Source: Nitrospinaceae bacterium (lineage in GTDB: Bacteria; Nitrospinota; Nitrospinia; Nitrospinales; VA-1). From it: a stretch of DNA of 35,817 bases. The notes under the pieces were generated by a model that saw only the letters and a program-made list of their open reading frames with translations, was not told the DNA's origin and searched no databases. Shown piece by piece: positions 34,010 through 35,817 of the stretch (its first letter is position 1; every line of letters starts with the position of its first letter). The stretch is from the NCBI GenBank assembly GCA_046754465.1, contig JBHHVU010000031.1, positions 1 to 35,817 on the forward strand, read 5' to 3'. Position numbers and translations under genes: made by a program.

Positions 34010-35817
34010 ATGAAAGTCCTGCTTCTGTTTCCTCCCGACTGGCTGCCGTCGGAACCGTATTTGAGTCTGCCGTCGTTGACATCGGTCCTGCGTCCGGCGG
34101 GTCACGAAGTGATCCAGAAAGATATCAACGTTGAAATGTACGAAATGTTTTTCAGCGGTCCCTTCCTGGACCACGTGGGTCAACGGATCACCCGCGAGCT
34201 TCAGCACCTCCAGTACACGGAAAGAGAGCGGTCCCTGGACGAAGAAGAACAGGCGCTCAAGGAGCAGCTCCTCGCCTGCACCCCAGAACGCCGCGAACAG
34301 TTCAAGAATGATATCCGCCGGGCCAAGGAAATCCTTCGCGGGCAAGCCTTTTACGACATCGATCAACTGGAATGGGCCACCCAATGCCTGCATCAAACCA
34401 TGGCGCTGATCTCCCTGGCCTACTACCCGGCCCAGATCTGTTTTCCCCCCATCGAAACCGATCTCGTATACAAACCCTTCATGTCGAGCGAAATTCTCGA
34501 GGCACTCGACGACGGCCAGATCAATGTCTATCGCGATGTGTATCGGCGGCTGATATTCCCCGTCATGGAAAAAGAGAAACCGGGAATCGTGGGGATCTCG
34601 ATCGTTCAGCAGAAGCAGTTGATCGCCACCTTCACATTTTGCAAACTGATCAAGGAGGATTTTCCGGACACCCACATCACCCTCGGGGGAAACATCATCA
34701 CCCGCATCCGCGACGTGCTGCCCCGGATCGATGGGTTGTTCCAGTATTTCGATTCCGCCGTGGTCTATGAGGGCGAGAGCGCCTTTCTGCAACTGGTCGA
34801 GGCCTTGGAAAATCACGCGGATTTGTCCCGGCTCCCCAACCTGATCTATCAGGATGAAACAGGCGTCCACGTGAACAAGGAAGTGCACGCCGAGGATTTA
34901 TCCCAACTGCCACCGCCGGATTTCGACGGCATGCCGCTGGAAAAATACTTTGTGCCGGAACTCATCCTGCCTTATCTGGCCACCCGCGGCTGTTACTGGG
35001 GACGCTGCACCTTCTGCGATCACTTCCAAGGTTACGTGGAGGGGTTCCGTACCAAGCAGGTGGACCAGATCGTTGAGGAAATCGAATCCCTGAAACAGAA
35101 ATACGGCACGCGGTTTTTCCATTTCACCGACGAGTCCTACCCCCCCGCGCTGTTCCGCAAACTTTCTCGTCAGCTCATCGAAAAAAAATCCGGTATTGTG
35201 TGGACCACCCACATGCGGTTCGAGGAGTCCCTGCTCGATGACCCGGTCTGGCGGGACGCCCAGGCCTCCGGCTGCCGGTACCTGCATTTCGGGTACGAGT
35301 CGGGCAATCAGCGGGTGCTGCGACTGATGGACAAGGCGACCGATCTGGACGCGATCCAGACCAATCTGGCCATGTCCTCAAAGGCGGGCATCTGGAACCA
35401 CATCATGGGCTTTTTCGGGTTCCCCGGCGAGACCTCGAAGGAATGCGAGGACAGCAAGCAGTTTGTCCAAAAAAACAGGGATCATATCCACTCCCTCGGG
35501 TTCATGACCTTTGTCCTGGGAAAATACAGTCCCGTGGCCTTCGAACCGGAAAAATACGGCCTGACCTATTATAAGAACCCCGAATGGGATCTGGCATTGG
35601 ATTATTACTTCACCGTGGAAAAAGGTTTGGGCATCCAGGAGGCGTTGGAGATCTTTGAAGAATTCGAGAAAAACCACGATCCCAAATGGGACCTCAGAAC
35701 CTGCGTGCGGGAGTACATCTTTCTTTACATCGAGCGATTCGGGACCAATAACCTGCCCCAACTGCGCATGAAGTCCGGCCAGCGGCAACAGCCCTACCAA
35801 AGCCCCGTCGGCATGGT
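34010..35817 (+). CDS. Second B12-binding domain radical SAM protein, 3' end just beyond window (absent from ORF track)
   Basis: Own translation from ATG 34010: MKVLLLFPPDWLPSEPYLSLPSLTSVLR...ITLGGN...YEGE...ATRGCYWGRCTFCDH...FTDES...GYESG...FFGFPGET...SPVGM(V); frame is still open at the window end. Confidence 0.92.
   Translation, partial: MKVLLLFPPDWLPSEPYLSLPSLTSVLRPAGHEVIQKDINVEMYEMFFSGPFLDHVGQRITRELQHLQYTERERSLDEEEQALKEQLLACTPERREQFKNDIRRAKEILRGQAFYDIDQLEWATQCLHQTMALISLAYYPAQICFPPIETDLVYKPFMSSEILEALDDGQINVYRDVYRRLIFPVMEKEKPGIVGISIVQQKQLIATFTFCKLIKEDFPDTHITLGGNIITRIRDVLPRIDGLFQYFDSAVVYEGESAFLQLVEALENHADLSRLPNLIYQDETGVHVNKEVHAEDLSQLPPPDFDGMPLEKYFVPELILPYLATRGCYWGRCTFCDHFQGYVEGFRTKQVDQIVEEIESLKQKYGTRFFHFTDESYPPALFRKLSRQLIEKKSGIVWTTHMRFEESLLDDPVWRDAQASGCRYLHFGYESGNQRVLRLMDKATDLDAIQTNLAMSSKAGIWNHIMGFFGFPGETSKECEDSKQFVQKNRDHIHSLGFMTFVLGKYSPVAFEPEKYGLTYYKNPEWDLALDYYFTVEKGLGIQEALEIFEEFEKNHDPKWDLRTCVREYIFLYIERFGTNNLPQLRMKSGQRQQPYQSPVGM

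Noticed and set aside
33881..35800. Minus-strand ORFs of 335, 129 and 140 aa at the right end
   Set aside because: Antisense to the second radical SAM gene (34010 to window end), which carries clear motifs.

Overview
Gene-dense, moderately GC-rich bacterial chromosomal window. Gene content and style suggest Nitrospinota or a related lineage (inference only). From the left: a minus-strand tRNA cluster (His-GTG, Arg-TCG, partial Pro-TGG) interrupted by a His/Gly-rich Spy/CpxP-like gene; sspB; a secreted MBL-fold hydrolase; and a structured tandem repeat. Next is a minus-strand run of amgK-like kinase, lptG, ppx/gppA, ilvB, an ArnT-like GT-C and a membrane protein, followed by a lone [2Fe-2S] ferredoxin. 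A ~20 kb co-directional minus-strand run then holds a 12-blade NHL protein, an NTF2-like secreted protein, glgX/treX-treZ-treY-treT, a stand-alone Hpt protein, four c-type cytochromes (24 CxxCH plus one CX4CH motif), DUF1015 and engB. Two tandem B12-binding radical SAM genes are divergently transcribed at the right end; the second runs off the window and is missing from the ORF track. I saw no CRISPR array, transposase, integrase or rRNA. Best leads are the Hpt plus four-cytochrome cassette with two paralogous multihemes, the divergent NHL/radical SAM locus with a shared operator-like palindrome, and the structured repeat at 2.86-3.02 kb.
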